DNA of 42,669 nt from a bacterium (lineage in GTDB: Bacteria > Hinthialibacterota > Hinthialibacteria > Hinthialibacterales > Hinthialibacteraceae): assembly GCA_963663405.2 (NCBI GenBank), contig CAXXSM010000165.1, positions 1 through 42,669 on the forward strand, written 5' to 3'. Both the position numbers and the translations under genes were made by a program. Below, one piece after another: positions 9,388-18,787 of the stretch. Below the pieces are notes generated by a model. That model searched no databases. It saw only the letters and a list, made by a program, of their open reading frames with translations, and was not told where the DNA came from. Each line of letters starts with the position of its first letter. Position 1 is the stretch's first letter.

Positions 9388-10661
9388 CGAAGCCCTCCAA
9401 GCCGTTTCGCTTCGCGGATCCCCTGCCGGGCCACTTTATTCCGTGGGTCGATATCCATGATCCGTTGGTATTCCTGAAGCGCGGCGGAGAAATTGCGCAT
9501 CTGGAAATAAGTCTCCGCCAAATGGTGACGGATATCCAAATTATCCGGTTCATGCTTGAGAGCGTTTTTAAATTGAACGAGCGCTTGGTTGAATATACGT
9601 TGTTCCTTCAGTCGTTTTCCGAAAATAGTATATCCACGAACCAGATGATCGATAACCTGCCCTTTTCCAGGCGCTTTCTTCAAGGCCAAGTTCCACATAT
9701 GAAACGCCCGGTTTTGATTGTTGGTATTGAGATACGCCCACCCGAGTTGACAGAGAACATCGACATCATTCTCATTTTCCCGCAACGCCTGCTCCAACGC
9801 TTCCATGGCTTGCCGCCAGTTGCCCTTCTGGATGCAGGCGTAACCGAGTTCTTTCGCGGATCCCGCCCCTCCGGTTCCGGAAGAGACGCTCCCCCCTTCC
9901 AAAAACTTACCACCGGTGTATTTATGCAACGCGACAATAAGCGCTTTCATATATTCATCATTCGGATTTTCTTTGAGCGCCTCGTTGTACGCTTTCAGGG
10001 CGGAACGCCATGCGTTTTCCGCTTCCTCTTTTTTGCCTTGTTTCTCATACGCGAGGGCTAAATTCTGATACACCGCGCTGTCTATAATGCCTTCCTCTAC
10101 AAGAGACGCGAATTGTTTTTCCGCTTCTGCGTAATTTCCATTTTGGCTTGCTTCATACGCGTCACACCATGTAGCGACTGCGAGATTTTCTTTGGATTCC
10201 TCATCGCTGGGCTCCATTGCAAGAATCCGCCGCCAGATCTCTTTGGCTTCATCTAAATGATCGTGCAAGGCCTGATACAGAGCCATCCCCCGCAATAAGT
10301 GCAGAGCCTGATTCCGGCTGTGATCTTGGAGAGATTCCGGTTCGGCTTCTCCACAGACGGTCTTCATTTCTTGGTTCAGTTTGAAGAGAGAGAGTGGCTG
10401 CCGTGGAAAATCAGGATAATCGGAATGGTAAAACATCGGCGGCGCGGAGAAATTCTCAATATCAGTCGCGGCGCGGGTATGAGGATCTCTCAAAATATCA
10501 TACGCGGTTCGAATTTCAATGAATTCATCGGGAAAATATTCCGGATTGAATTGTTTGACAAGATGAAAGTACTGCGCTTTGATCTTCTCTTCATCTGTCC
10601 AACGGGTTATTTTAAGAATTTCATATGGTGATCGCGTAAGTGTTGTCGTCTGGGTATCCAC
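9384..10661 (-). CDS. J-domain-like + TPR protein (HPD replaced by NPE)
   Basis: SPYEILKI..IKAQYFHLVKQFNPE..FIEIRTAYDILRDP..R is a J-domain pattern, followed by multiple TPRs; GTG start. Confidence 0.85.
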   Translation of the reverse strand: MDTQTTTLTRSPYEILKITRWTDEEKIKAQYFHLVKQFNPEYFPDEFIEIRTAYDILRDPHTRAATDIENFSAPPMFYHSDYPDFPRQPLSLFKLNQEMKTVCGEAEPESLQDHSRNQALHLLRGMALYQALHDHLDEAKEIWRRILAMEPSDEESKENLAVATWCDAYEASQNGNYAEAEKQFASLVEEGIIDSAVYQNLALAYEKQGKKEEAENAWRSALKAYNEALKENPNDEYMKALIVALHKYTGGKFLEGGSVSSGTGGAGSAKELGYACIQKGNWRQAMEALEQALRENENDVDVLCQLGWAYLNTNNQNRAFHMWNLALKKAPGKGQVIDHLVRGYTIFGKRLKEQRIFNQALVQFKNALKHEPDNLDIRHHLAETYFQMRNFSAALQEYQRIMDIDPRNKVARQGIREAKRLGGLR

Positions 10662-11357
10662 AGTTATTCACTCATATTCATTCAGATTTTTAATGCTTCA
10701 GATTAAATTTGAAAGTTTTTTATCCGCCATTGAATGGATGAGAACTACCTGTAACGTTTGATTTTAATAATGGACGGACGGAAAAGCAACAGACGCAGGA
10801 GACTCTCGGTCGTTCAATCTGAAAATGAATCATCTTTCAAGCCATTCGGGCAGTACATTCAGCCATGTAAGTAATTTATATAATAATGAACCCCACGAAA
10901 TTAATAGCATATAAGGTTTAGGGATCGAGGTCTAGGGTCTTGGATGATTCTCCATATCCGATTCCGGATTTCATTATCGCGTAAGATCCTGAATTCATTA
11001 TTTTTATAATAATATATAAGAAATAAGTTTTCTTAAGCGCTGATTCGCGTCTCTCCTCCTAACTCGTTGTTTTTTAGTTGGATATGCTATATCCTAATTC
11101 CTTCTCGCGGCACAAGTGACACGCGCCGGTCAATCAACGACGTTTCTTGTTTTTTTTTAAATGAGTCTCTAAAACTATCTTATTCGTAATATATGTCGCA
11201 GCTCATTTCCATTTGCAATTGTGATCTCAAATCATGATGGTTACCATGATTCCGTCTGGGAGGATGACGATAATGAGTATAAAATTAATGGATCGTCACA
11301 GTTGGATAGAGCGAACATAACTCGATCGCCGAAGAAAATCGAGGTGAAATTGATTGT

Positions 11358-11921
11358 ATGATCGTGCCGAACATAAAATTTTCAGAATTATTGGTCACGC
11401 ATCCCGTGCTTCTGCTCTCCTCCCGAAGCGGACGTTCAAACACCGTGGCGCCGCTAACATGGTATATGCCCGTGAGTTTGGATCCGCCATTAATCGCCAT
11501 TTCTTTAAAACCCAGCGCGTTGAGTTGGCGTTACGTGCGGGAATCCGGTGATTTTATCCTCGCGGTTCCGGGAGAATCCATGCTGAAAGCGGTTCAATTC
11601 TGCGGCGTTCATTCCGGTCGTGACATGGACAAAATACACCACTTGGGCTTACAAACCGCATGGGGAAAAGCCGCGAGTCCTTTGATGCTGACGGGCTGCA
11701 TGGCGAATATCGAATGCCGGACGCGGGACATCCATCAAACCGGCGCCCGGCCATTGATCGTAGGAGAAATCCTTTCGATTTACGCGGATGAGATTTTTTA
11801 CAAAGATGGATGGCGCCCTAACGCCCGTCTGATTTATTACGCTGGAGGGAATCGGTACCGCATTGACAATGAGATCATAGACATGGGTCACATCCGCCCT
11901 GGATATGTGCCTCCCATATAA
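11358..11921 (+). CDS. Flavin reductase family protein (DIM6/NTAB-like)
   Basis: PVLLLSS..NTVAPLTW.MPVSLDPPLI, FCGVHSGRDMDK, NIEC motifs; GAGGTG RBS. Confidence 0.85.
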   Translation: MIVPNIKFSELLVTHPVLLLSSRSGRSNTVAPLTWYMPVSLDPPLIAISLKPSALSWRYVRESGDFILAVPGESMLKAVQFCGVHSGRDMDKIHHLGLQTAWGKAASPLMLTGCMANIECRTRDIHQTGARPLIVGEILSIYADEIFYKDGWRPNARLIYYAGGNRYRIDNEIIDMGHIRPGYVPPI

Positions 11922-11923
11922 AT

Positions 11924-12352
11924 ATGATGACTGAGACTTCGGGGATTGTCACAATGCTGGATACCAGCTCGATCGTGGCGGCTTTTTTCGGCTCCCGCGC
12001 GAAAAAACTATTGACCGCGTGGGGACACGGCGCTCTGATCCTCTATTACAGCGAAGCGATTTGGAGGGAATATCAACGGATTCTAATGAAGATCCCACCG
12101 ATCCGCCGGAAATCACAGTGGTTTTTAAGCGAGATTCAAGTCAACCGGTTCGCTGTAAAAATCGGGAAAACACCCGTTGTCCGGATCCCGCTCGAAGATC
12201 CCGAAGACCGCAAGTTCCTCGCGTGCGCCCAGGCGGCGAAGGCGGAATATCTAGTGTCATTGGACGCGCATCTCTTGAACGTTCGCGAGTATCATGAGAC
12301 AAAAATAGTACGGCCGGGGGAACTGCTCCGGGAATTGAAGAAAAAACATTAA
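11924..12352 (+). CDS. PIN-domain protein (putative toxin, PIN_3-like)
   Basis: LDTSSIVAA, EYQRIL and DPEDRKFLACA..AEYLVSLDAHLL carry the acidic PIN residues. Confidence 0.85.
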   Translation: MMTETSGIVTMLDTSSIVAAFFGSRAKKLLTAWGHGALILYYSEAIWREYQRILMKIPPIRRKSQWFLSEIQVNRFAVKIGKTPVVRIPLEDPEDRKFLACAQAAKAEYLVSLDAHLLNVREYHETKIVRPGELLRELKKKH

Positions 12353-12455
12353 AAATGAAACCATCTTACTTTATCACACACGCGCCAATGGAGGGCGGGC
12401 GTCCCCGCCCGCCAGAATCATAAAATGAAACCACCACACTTTATCACACGCGCGC
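12351..12455 (+). repeat. Imperfect direct duplication of the dgt 5' end around a REP-like palindrome
   Basis: AAAATGAAACCATCTTACTTTATCACACACGCGC versus AAAATGAAACCACCACACTTTATCACACGCGCGC, 70 nt apart, with GGGCGGGCGTCCCCGCCCGCC between them. Confidence 0.85.
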
Positions 12456-13552
12456 ACCATGAAAAACGGGAAGCAAAATCCCTAGCGCCCTACGCGGCTC
12501 TATCAGGCCAATCGAAAGGCCGCGCGCATCCCGAACCCGAACATGAGTTGCGTACCTGTTATCAGCGCGATCGGGACCGGATCATCCATTCCGTCGCTTT
12601 CCGCCGGTTGGAATACAAGACACAGGTCTTCATCAACTGGGCGGGCGATCACTACCGGACGCGGTTGACACACACCCTGGAAGTCGCCCAGATCGCCCGG
12701 ACACTCGGCCGCATTCTTGGATTAAACGAAGACCTTTGCGAAGCCAACGCGCTGGCCCATGATCTGGGACATCCTCCCTTCGGACACGCGGGGGAACGAA
12801 TATTGGACGCCGCGCTATCGGATCAAGGAGGTTTCGAACACAACGCCCAGGCGCTTCGAATCGTCGACTGGCTCGAACGGCGTTATCCCAATTTCCCCGG
12901 TCTCAATCTGACGGCGGAAACGCGAAGGGGAATTTTGAAGAATAAACCGCCCTACGCGGGGATGGGTGAAAATCTGCCGGATGCGCTTTCGATGGAAGCC
13001 CAGGTTGTTGATATTGCGGATGAGATTTCATATAACACACACGATCTCGACGATGGAATCGTTTCTCGTTTGGTGGAACTGGATGACGTGATGCGGCTGC
13101 CACTTTGGTCCGAAGCCTGCGAAACCGTCAAAGCGCGCTATCCTGCCATTGACGTGAAACGCGAACGCGATCAGATCATCGTCCAATTGATTAACCGGCT
13201 TGTTACAGACGTGGCGAACCAGACCATAAAAAATCTGGAACGCGCCGGGGATTCCTCCCTCGATCCCGTTGTGAATTATAGTGAAGAGATTCAAAAGAAA
13301 ACTCTTGAGACAAAAGCGTTCCTGACGGAGCGGCTGTACCAGCACCCAAAAGTAATGCGGACAACAAGCCGCTGCAATCGAATTATTGAACGGCTGTTCA
13401 AGCATTATTGCGACAATCCAAAACAACTTCCACATTCCTTTCAGGACCGGATCGAGAGTGGCGGATTAGAACGTTCGGTCGTGGATTACATCGCCGGAAT
13501 GACCGACCGGTACGCCGAAGAAGACTGCCGGCAGTTGTTTGGGTTTCTCTAA
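12425..13552 (+). CDS. dgt: Deoxyguanosinetriphosphate triphosphohydrolase (HD family)
   Basis: RDRDRIIHS.AFRRLEYKTQV, RTRLTHTLEV, HDLGHPPFGHAGE, FEHNAQ, DYIAGMTD motifs. Confidence 0.95.
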   Translation: MKPPHFITRAHHEKREAKSLAPYAALSGQSKGRAHPEPEHELRTCYQRDRDRIIHSVAFRRLEYKTQVFINWAGDHYRTRLTHTLEVAQIARTLGRILGLNEDLCEANALAHDLGHPPFGHAGERILDAALSDQGGFEHNAQALRIVDWLERRYPNFPGLNLTAETRRGILKNKPPYAGMGENLPDALSMEAQVVDIADEISYNTHDLDDGIVSRLVELDDVMRLPLWSEACETVKARYPAIDVKRERDQIIVQLINRLVTDVANQTIKNLERAGDSSLDPVVNYSEEIQKKTLETKAFLTERLYQHPKVMRTTSRCNRIIERLFKHYCDNPKQLPHSFQDRIESGGLERSVVDYIAGMTDRYAEEDCRQLFGFL

Positions 13553-14112
13553 TGATACGGCGATGGATTCTGCGGGGATTGCTTCTGTGCAGCGTGTTGG
13601 CTGTGTTGACCGCGCTCATGAGCTGGCGGTATTACCAACTGAAGACACGGGTGCAAATAACGCGGTTCTTCCGTGAAGCGCCAATGCTGTTTCCTCCGAT
13701 GCTGGATCTTTCCCTCCAATCGTCTGCACTGAAGATCCCTCCCTCGATCCGGAAGACAACCGGCAACGTTCTTCCGGAATTACTCCGCCTGTATCCAACC
13801 ATGCGGCAAAGATCGCAGAAAGATCCCTTCGGGTCTGAATCCGGGGGGAAACGGTTATTAGAAGTGCGGTACGGTATCGTACGGCACAGCGCTCCTGTAC
13901 AGATGCCGTATTCGAATCCAAACCGACCCGTCTGGTTCACATGGAGCGCCGGCCCTTCCGACGCCGATCCAGCGCTCATCAGCCAATTGGTGGATAACAC
14001 CACACCCACACACCAGTTCAAAGCGCCCCCTTACCAGCCAAGCAATGGACTCTGGAGTCAGGGCTATCTATATGTGGATTCTCTTGGAGGCCAGCTGGGG
14101 AAATTCCGGTAG
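13552..14112 (+). CDS. Membrane-anchored protein with a pilin-like C-terminal motif
   Basis: ATG overlaps the dgt stop (TAATG); N-terminal TM; DPFG, WSAGP and YQPSNGLWSQG motifs resemble the prepilin at 16984. Confidence 0.65.
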   Translation: MIRRWILRGLLLCSVLAVLTALMSWRYYQLKTRVQITRFFREAPMLFPPMLDLSLQSSALKIPPSIRKTTGNVLPELLRLYPTMRQRSQKDPFGSESGGKRLLEVRYGIVRHSAPVQMPYSNPNRPVWFTWSAGPSDADPALISQLVDNTTPTHQFKAPPYQPSNGLWSQGYLYVDSLGGQLGKFR

Positions 14113-14298
14113 AATACAAAAGAGGCTCATCCGAAAAGTGAGTACGTTTCAGTTTAAAGTTCTTCTCTTTTCATGGAAGAATTCGAAACTATGTTCGCCC
14201 AGACTTGAAAGTAGGGCTATTTTCATTTGTCTCGAAGGGATATCTCCAGCCTTTCAAGGCTGGGTACTTATTATGATTCTGTATCTTATGGTTGAACT

Positions 14299-15834
14299 CT
14301 ATTTCATCCATAATTTGCGGTCGAGTGTCCGGTATTGGACCGCTTCACTGATGTGCTGTGGCAGGATTTGACCGGATTGCGCCAAGTCGGCTATGCTGCG
14401 GGCGACCTTGATTACACGGGCGTAGGCGCGGGCGGACAAGCCCAGCCGTTCGAGGCCTGCGCGCAGCATATCCCGCGTAGGTTCTTCCATCGGACAATAG
14501 TCTTTAATCTCTTTCGATTGCATATGCGCGTTGCAGAAGATATGCGTGCCGGTGAATCGTTCCCGCTGGATCGCTCGCGCCCGTTCCACCCGTTCACGAA
14601 TCACGGTGGAAGGTTCTCCTGACGGCGGGGCGTGCAGGTCTTCGAAAGAGACGCTGGGGACTTCGACGTGAATATCGATACGGTCCAGCAATGGTCCTGA
14701 GAGTTTGGAGATGTAACTTTGAATCTGGTTGGGCGTACAATTACAGACCTTTTGCCCATCCCCAAAATATCCACACGGGCATGGATTCGCGGCGGCGACC
14801 AGCATGAAGCGACTTGGAAACGTCAGCGAGGCCGCGGCGCGGGATATTGTTACAACGCCGTCTTCCAGCGGCTGTCGCAGGTTCTCTAAAACATTGCGGG
14901 AAAATTCCGGCACTTCATCAAGAAACAAAATTCCATTCGTCGCCAGACTCACTTCTCCCGGCCCTGGGATTCGGCCCCCGCCGATCAATCCTGCGTCGGA
15001 CACCGAGTGATGGGGAAACCGGAACGGGCGAGTCGCGATCAACGGTGTGTTTGACGGAAGGGAACCATGAATGCTGTGGATCTTCGTCGTCTCCAACGCT
15101 TCTTCAAAACTCATCGGCGGGAGAATGCTCGGCAGGCGTTTGGCCAGCATCGTTTTCCCTGATCCCGGCGGTCCGACCATGATAATGTTATGCCCTCCGG
15201 CGGCGGCGACCTCCAGCGCGCGTTTGACATGCTCCTGCCCTTTCACTTCTGAGAAATCGAATTCGTACCTTCCCGATTCTTCAAAGAGTGACCGCACATC
15301 GATCTGGCATGGTTTGTGGTGATTCTCGCCGGATAAAATCTCGACCGCATCGGGCAGGGATCGCGCGGGATAGACGTCGATTCCATCGACAACCGCCGCT
15401 TCCTTCGCGTTTTTTTCGGGAAGCAAAAAAGATTTCAGCCCATGTTTCTTCGCCGCAATCGCTACGGGCAGCGCTCCCCGAATCGGCCGCAGCGTTCCAT
15501 CCAGCGCCAGTTCTCCCAAGATCAAGGTTTCCGCGAGCCGCTCCGGAGGCGTCAGCCCGGACGCCGCCAATACCGCAACGGCCATCGGAAGATCCAGCGA
15601 TGTTCCTTCTTTCGGGATATCCGCCGGCGCCAGATTGAGCGTCATTCGTTTTGGAGGATATGCGTACCCACAATTCACCAACGCCGACCGCACCCGCTCG
15701 CGGCTCTCCTTCACCGCCGCATCCGGAAGCCCGACAATCGTCAATCCCGGCTGGCCGGACGTCATATCGAGTTCGACCTCCATAATATACGCGTCAATCC
15801 CCATCGTCGCGCTGGATAATACCCGGATATACAT
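14299..15834 (-). CDS. comM: YifB/ComM family Mg-chelatase-like AAA+ ATPase
   Basis: [57 protein letters not shown]. Start placed at ATG 15834 after a GGGGGA RBS. Confidence 0.95.
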   Translation of the reverse strand: MYIRVLSSATMGIDAYIMEVELDMTSGQPGLTIVGLPDAAVKESRERVRSALVNCGYAYPPKRMTLNLAPADIPKEGTSLDLPMAVAVLAASGLTPPERLAETLILGELALDGTLRPIRGALPVAIAAKKHGLKSFLLPEKNAKEAAVVDGIDVYPARSLPDAVEILSGENHHKPCQIDVRSLFEESGRYEFDFSEVKGQEHVKRALEVAAAGGHNIIMVGPPGSGKTMLAKRLPSILPPMSFEEALETTKIHSIHGSLPSNTPLIATRPFRFPHHSVSDAGLIGGGRIPGPGEVSLATNGILFLDEVPEFSRNVLENLRQPLEDGVVTISRAAASLTFPSRFMLVAAANPCPCGYFGDGQKVCNCTPNQIQSYISKLSGPLLDRIDIHVEVPSVSFEDLHAPPSGEPSTVIRERVERARAIQRERFTGTHIFCNAHMQSKEIKDYCPMEEPTRDMLRAGLERLGLSARAYARVIKVARSIADLAQSGQILPQHISEAVQYRTLDRKLWMK

Positions 15835-16023
15835 GCTTAATCCCCCGTTCTCTTGTGATACGTTACACAAAATTGAACAAATTGAAAAGCGGAAGAAACG
15901 CGCCAAACAAAACTCAATTTAGTGTTGTGGAAAAAAACAGCGTAGTAAATCTCGCTGGTGATTGCTTGCGTTCTCTGTTGATGTGGAATCGATTGTCGTG
16001 GATCATCGTGGTCCAATCTATTG

Positions 16024-16063
16024 AAAATCATCTTGACATCTTCCTCGTTCATTATCTATGATG
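16024..16063 (+). promoter_or_regulatory. 40-bp direct repeat copy 1, containing a sigma70-type promoter
   Basis: AAAATCATCTTGACATCTTCCTCGTTCATTATCTATGATG; TTGACA-N18-TATGAT; 38/40 identical to 16910-16949. Confidence 0.85.
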
Positions 16064-16242
16064 GATGTCGATATCAAACGAAGTGGGGCGCAGGATTTGG
16101 TAACTTTAATTTTCAATCTTTAGTTTGTTAACATCGAGCCGCTTATTGTCGCCATATGGGATGTTCTGGTTTTCCTAGTTATTTACTCATATTGTGAGTA
16201 AATGGTTTTGCATAAAGGCAGCGATACGACAAAGGAAATGTC

Positions 16243-16893
16243 ATGTTGAGAAAATTATTTGGTTGGAAGAAAGAACGGTCTGAAGAGGAAATCGAAAAAC
16301 TCGAAGACGAATGGTATGACAAAAAAAGTAAAATGATGGAATCTATTCTAGGAGAAGAGCATGGCATGGTCATGCATGCTATTATCCCTTATGAGGTGGG
16401 AGGATCATTAGATCTTTATTATTATCCAAATGAAATTCCAGGGACGGCTGTCGCGACAAAGGAACTAACGTTTGCATGTCAAGAGAGCGCATCCAATGAC
16501 AAGTTTGAAAAATATGAACTTGTCATATTTACCAAACATGATCTGGATTTAGATCAGATTGGAAACAAAGATTCCCCATTCAATCAAGCCCACCACAATA
16601 TCAATGTCATTCTCAATGCCATAGCCCGTTATAGTGAACATGCGAAACTGAATCCGCTTGACACGTGCGAATTTCCACCGGAGATCGAAGAAATAGGTGG
16701 GAAATGCGTCATTTTTTTTGATTATGGATCTGGTACGGAAGGAAAAGAAGAATTTGGTTTGTTAGGGATCATGGAAGTATTTCGGAATGAAATGGAATTT
16801 GCAATGCAAAACGGTACTGGTTTATTAATTGAACGGCTAAAGGGCGAAGGGGCATTTCCTTACTCTGATATGGATCGGGAATCTGTTGTCTGA
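16243..16893 (+). CDS. Suppressor of fused (SUFU)-like domain protein
   Basis: VMHAIIPYEVGGSLDLYYY, ATKELT, YELVIFT, EMEFAMQNG..LIERLK..PYSDMDRESVV match the bacterial SUFU pattern. Confidence 0.8.
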   Translation: MLRKLFGWKKERSEEEIEKLEDEWYDKKSKMMESILGEEHGMVMHAIIPYEVGGSLDLYYYPNEIPGTAVATKELTFACQESASNDKFEKYELVIFTKHDLDLDQIGNKDSPFNQAHHNINVILNAIARYSEHAKLNPLDTCEFPPEIEEIGGKCVIFFDYGSGTEGKEEFGLLGIMEVFRNEMEFAMQNGTGLLIERLKGEGAFPYSDMDRESVV

Positions 16894-16909
16894 CAAGTTA
16901 TTCGATCAA

Positions 16910-16949
16910 AAAATCATCTTGACATCTCCCTCGTTCGTTATCTATGATG
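16910..16949 (+). promoter_or_regulatory. 40-bp direct repeat copy 2, promoter of the prepilin gene
   Basis: AAAATCATCTTGACATCTCCCTCGTTCGTTATCTATGATG, about 35 nt before the prepilin ATG. Confidence 0.85.
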
Positions 16950-16983
16950 AGTAGGCTCTTATTGAACGAAGAGGGAGCGAGAT

Positions 16984-17529
16984 ATGTGGAATCTGAAGAA
17001 TTCCCGGTTTGGCTTTACGCTGATCGAATTGCTTATTGTTGTCGCGATTATTGGGATTCTTGCCGCGATCGCTGTGCCGAACTTTACGCGGGCGCGGCTG
17101 CGGGCGCTTCTGACTTGCATAATCCAGGATATGCGGACGCTGGATCAGCAGATCGATATCTACCGGCTCGATCATGGCCGGCCACCCGTGTCGGATTATA
17201 TCAATGGGAAAAACAGCCTGATCCGCCTTTCTACGCCTGTCGCTTATATGTCCTCCATCCCCTACGATCCCCATCGGAAGAACGAAGAGATCGCCGAGAC
17301 CAACGGTGTCTTTTATAACTATTGGTACAACGAAGAAGACCCATCGCTGCGGTACAACACGGGTGGTTCGCAATGGAGTTCGCAGGGATGGCATATCTAT
17401 ATTTTGTCGGTTGGAATGGATCATGATATCGACTGGATCACATACCATCCCAGCAACGGGCTCGCCTCGAATGGGGATATCCGCTATTTCACTCCCCGGC
17501 GCTTGTCGGATTGGCAGGATTCGCTTTAA
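16984..17529 (+). CDS. Type IV pilin/pseudopilin with prepilin cleavage and methylation site
   Basis: G|FTLIELLIVVAIIGILAAIAVPNF; YRLDHGRPP; LSTPVAYM; DP; SVGMD; YHPSNGLASNGDI. Confidence 0.9.
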   Translation: MWNLKNSRFGFTLIELLIVVAIIGILAAIAVPNFTRARLRALLTCIIQDMRTLDQQIDIYRLDHGRPPVSDYINGKNSLIRLSTPVAYMSSIPYDPHRKNEEIAETNGVFYNYWYNEEDPSLRYNTGGSQWSSQGWHIYILSVGMDHDIDWITYHPSNGLASNGDIRYFTPRRLSDWQDSL

Positions 17530-17605
17530 CGGCGGCGCGGCTGTGTTGCGTTTTTTTGAATGGACGTGAGGAACGGTTTGGTTGAGTTTCACAGGAGAAT
17601 GAATA

Positions 17606-18703
17606 ATGACAAAGACGATATTAACCCGGCGCGGATTTCTAGCAAGAACCGGCCAAGGAGCGTTGCTCGCAACAGCGGGTTCTATCGTATCCACGGCTGA
17701 TGGGGCCGCGTCCGAACCGAAAAGAAGGGGGGCGCAGCGGTTATCCATCGACCGGTTGAAGAACTGGGAGGCGATGGGATATGGGATGTTCATCCATTTC
17801 GGCATGAGCACGTTCACTGGTGGTGAACTGCCGGACGGAAAAGATCCTTCGAGTCTCTACGCGCCGGGAAAACTGGATGTGGATCAGTGGATATCCGTCG
17901 CGAGAGACGCGGGGATGCGTTACGCCGTGCTCACGGCGAAACATGTCGCGGGACATTGTCTTTGGCCTTCAAAGTGCACGGATTACAATGTCACAAACAG
18001 TGGGAACACGACCGATGTCGTAGAAGCGTTTGTGAACGCCTGCGGCCGCCGGGGTGTGAAGCCGGGATTTTACTACTGCTCGTGGGATAATCACAACCGC
18101 TTCGGCAGCCGCACGCCATCCGATGGGGGATGGGATGGGATGAACTCATTCCCTAAAACCCAAACGGAAACACTGCCCCCTTACACAACCTCGCTCTATC
18201 AGAATTTTCAGACGGCGCAGATCACGGAGCTGCTCACGCAATACGGGCCTATTATGGAAATGTGGGTGGATATACCCGGCGTGCTGGGGCGTGGATACCG
18301 GGAATTTCTCTATCACCGGATCGCGTCGCTGCAACCGGATATCTATATCATGATGAACAACGGAATTGGGACGGGTGATCCCTATCCGGTGGATTACGCA
18401 TGGCCCGCCGACCTGATCGCCATTGAACGCCGCCTTCCCCCGGAAACAGGACACCGGAAATGGCGGACGATTGAAGGTAAAGAATATTATATGCCTGCCG
18501 AACTCTGCGATCCGATCGGTAAGAACTGGTTTTGGGTTTCCGGTGACAATCCCCGTCCTGATAATGAACTCGCCGAACAATTCACAACCTGCCGCGAACG
18601 AGGCGCTAACGTCCTGCTTAATGTGCCCCCGGATAAGGACGGATTAATTCCCGAAGTCCATGTGAAAGCGTTGAACCGTCTGCGGAAGAATGTGAATTTA
18701 TAA
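17606..18703 (+). CDS. Tat-exported alpha-L-fucosidase (GH29)
   Basis: TRRGFL Tat motif; GMFIHFG, AGMRYAVLTAKH..G.CLWPS, WVD nucleophile, LLNVPPD..GLI. Confidence 0.88.
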   Translation: MTKTILTRRGFLARTGQGALLATAGSIVSTADGAASEPKRRGAQRLSIDRLKNWEAMGYGMFIHFGMSTFTGGELPDGKDPSSLYAPGKLDVDQWISVARDAGMRYAVLTAKHVAGHCLWPSKCTDYNVTNSGNTTDVVEAFVNACGRRGVKPGFYYCSWDNHNRFGSRTPSDGGWDGMNSFPKTQTETLPPYTTSLYQNFQTAQITELLTQYGPIMEMWVDIPGVLGRGYREFLYHRIASLQPDIYIMMNNGIGTGDPYPVDYAWPADLIAIERRLPPETGHRKWRTIEGKEYYMPAELCDPIGKNWFWVSGDNPRPDNELAEQFTTCRERGANVLLNVPPDKDGLIPEVHVKALNRLRKNVNL

Positions 18704-18787
18704 CCTCTTTGCATGGCTCATGAAACATGATACGTTCATGCATAATGTTGACTGCCATCGGAATAAAATCTTAAAAAGGAATCGATT

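Noticed and set aside
10662-11357. CIRCE or heat-shock operator, or an ncRNA, upstream of the chaperone cluster
   Set aside because: No TTAGCACTC-N9-GAGTGCTAA. Only a weak inverted match (about 10677 and 10816) and short heptamer-like repeats near 10915-10945.
14299-15834. comM disrupted by an integrated element
   Set aside because: The ORF is intact; the insertion signature is upstream in the intergenic region.
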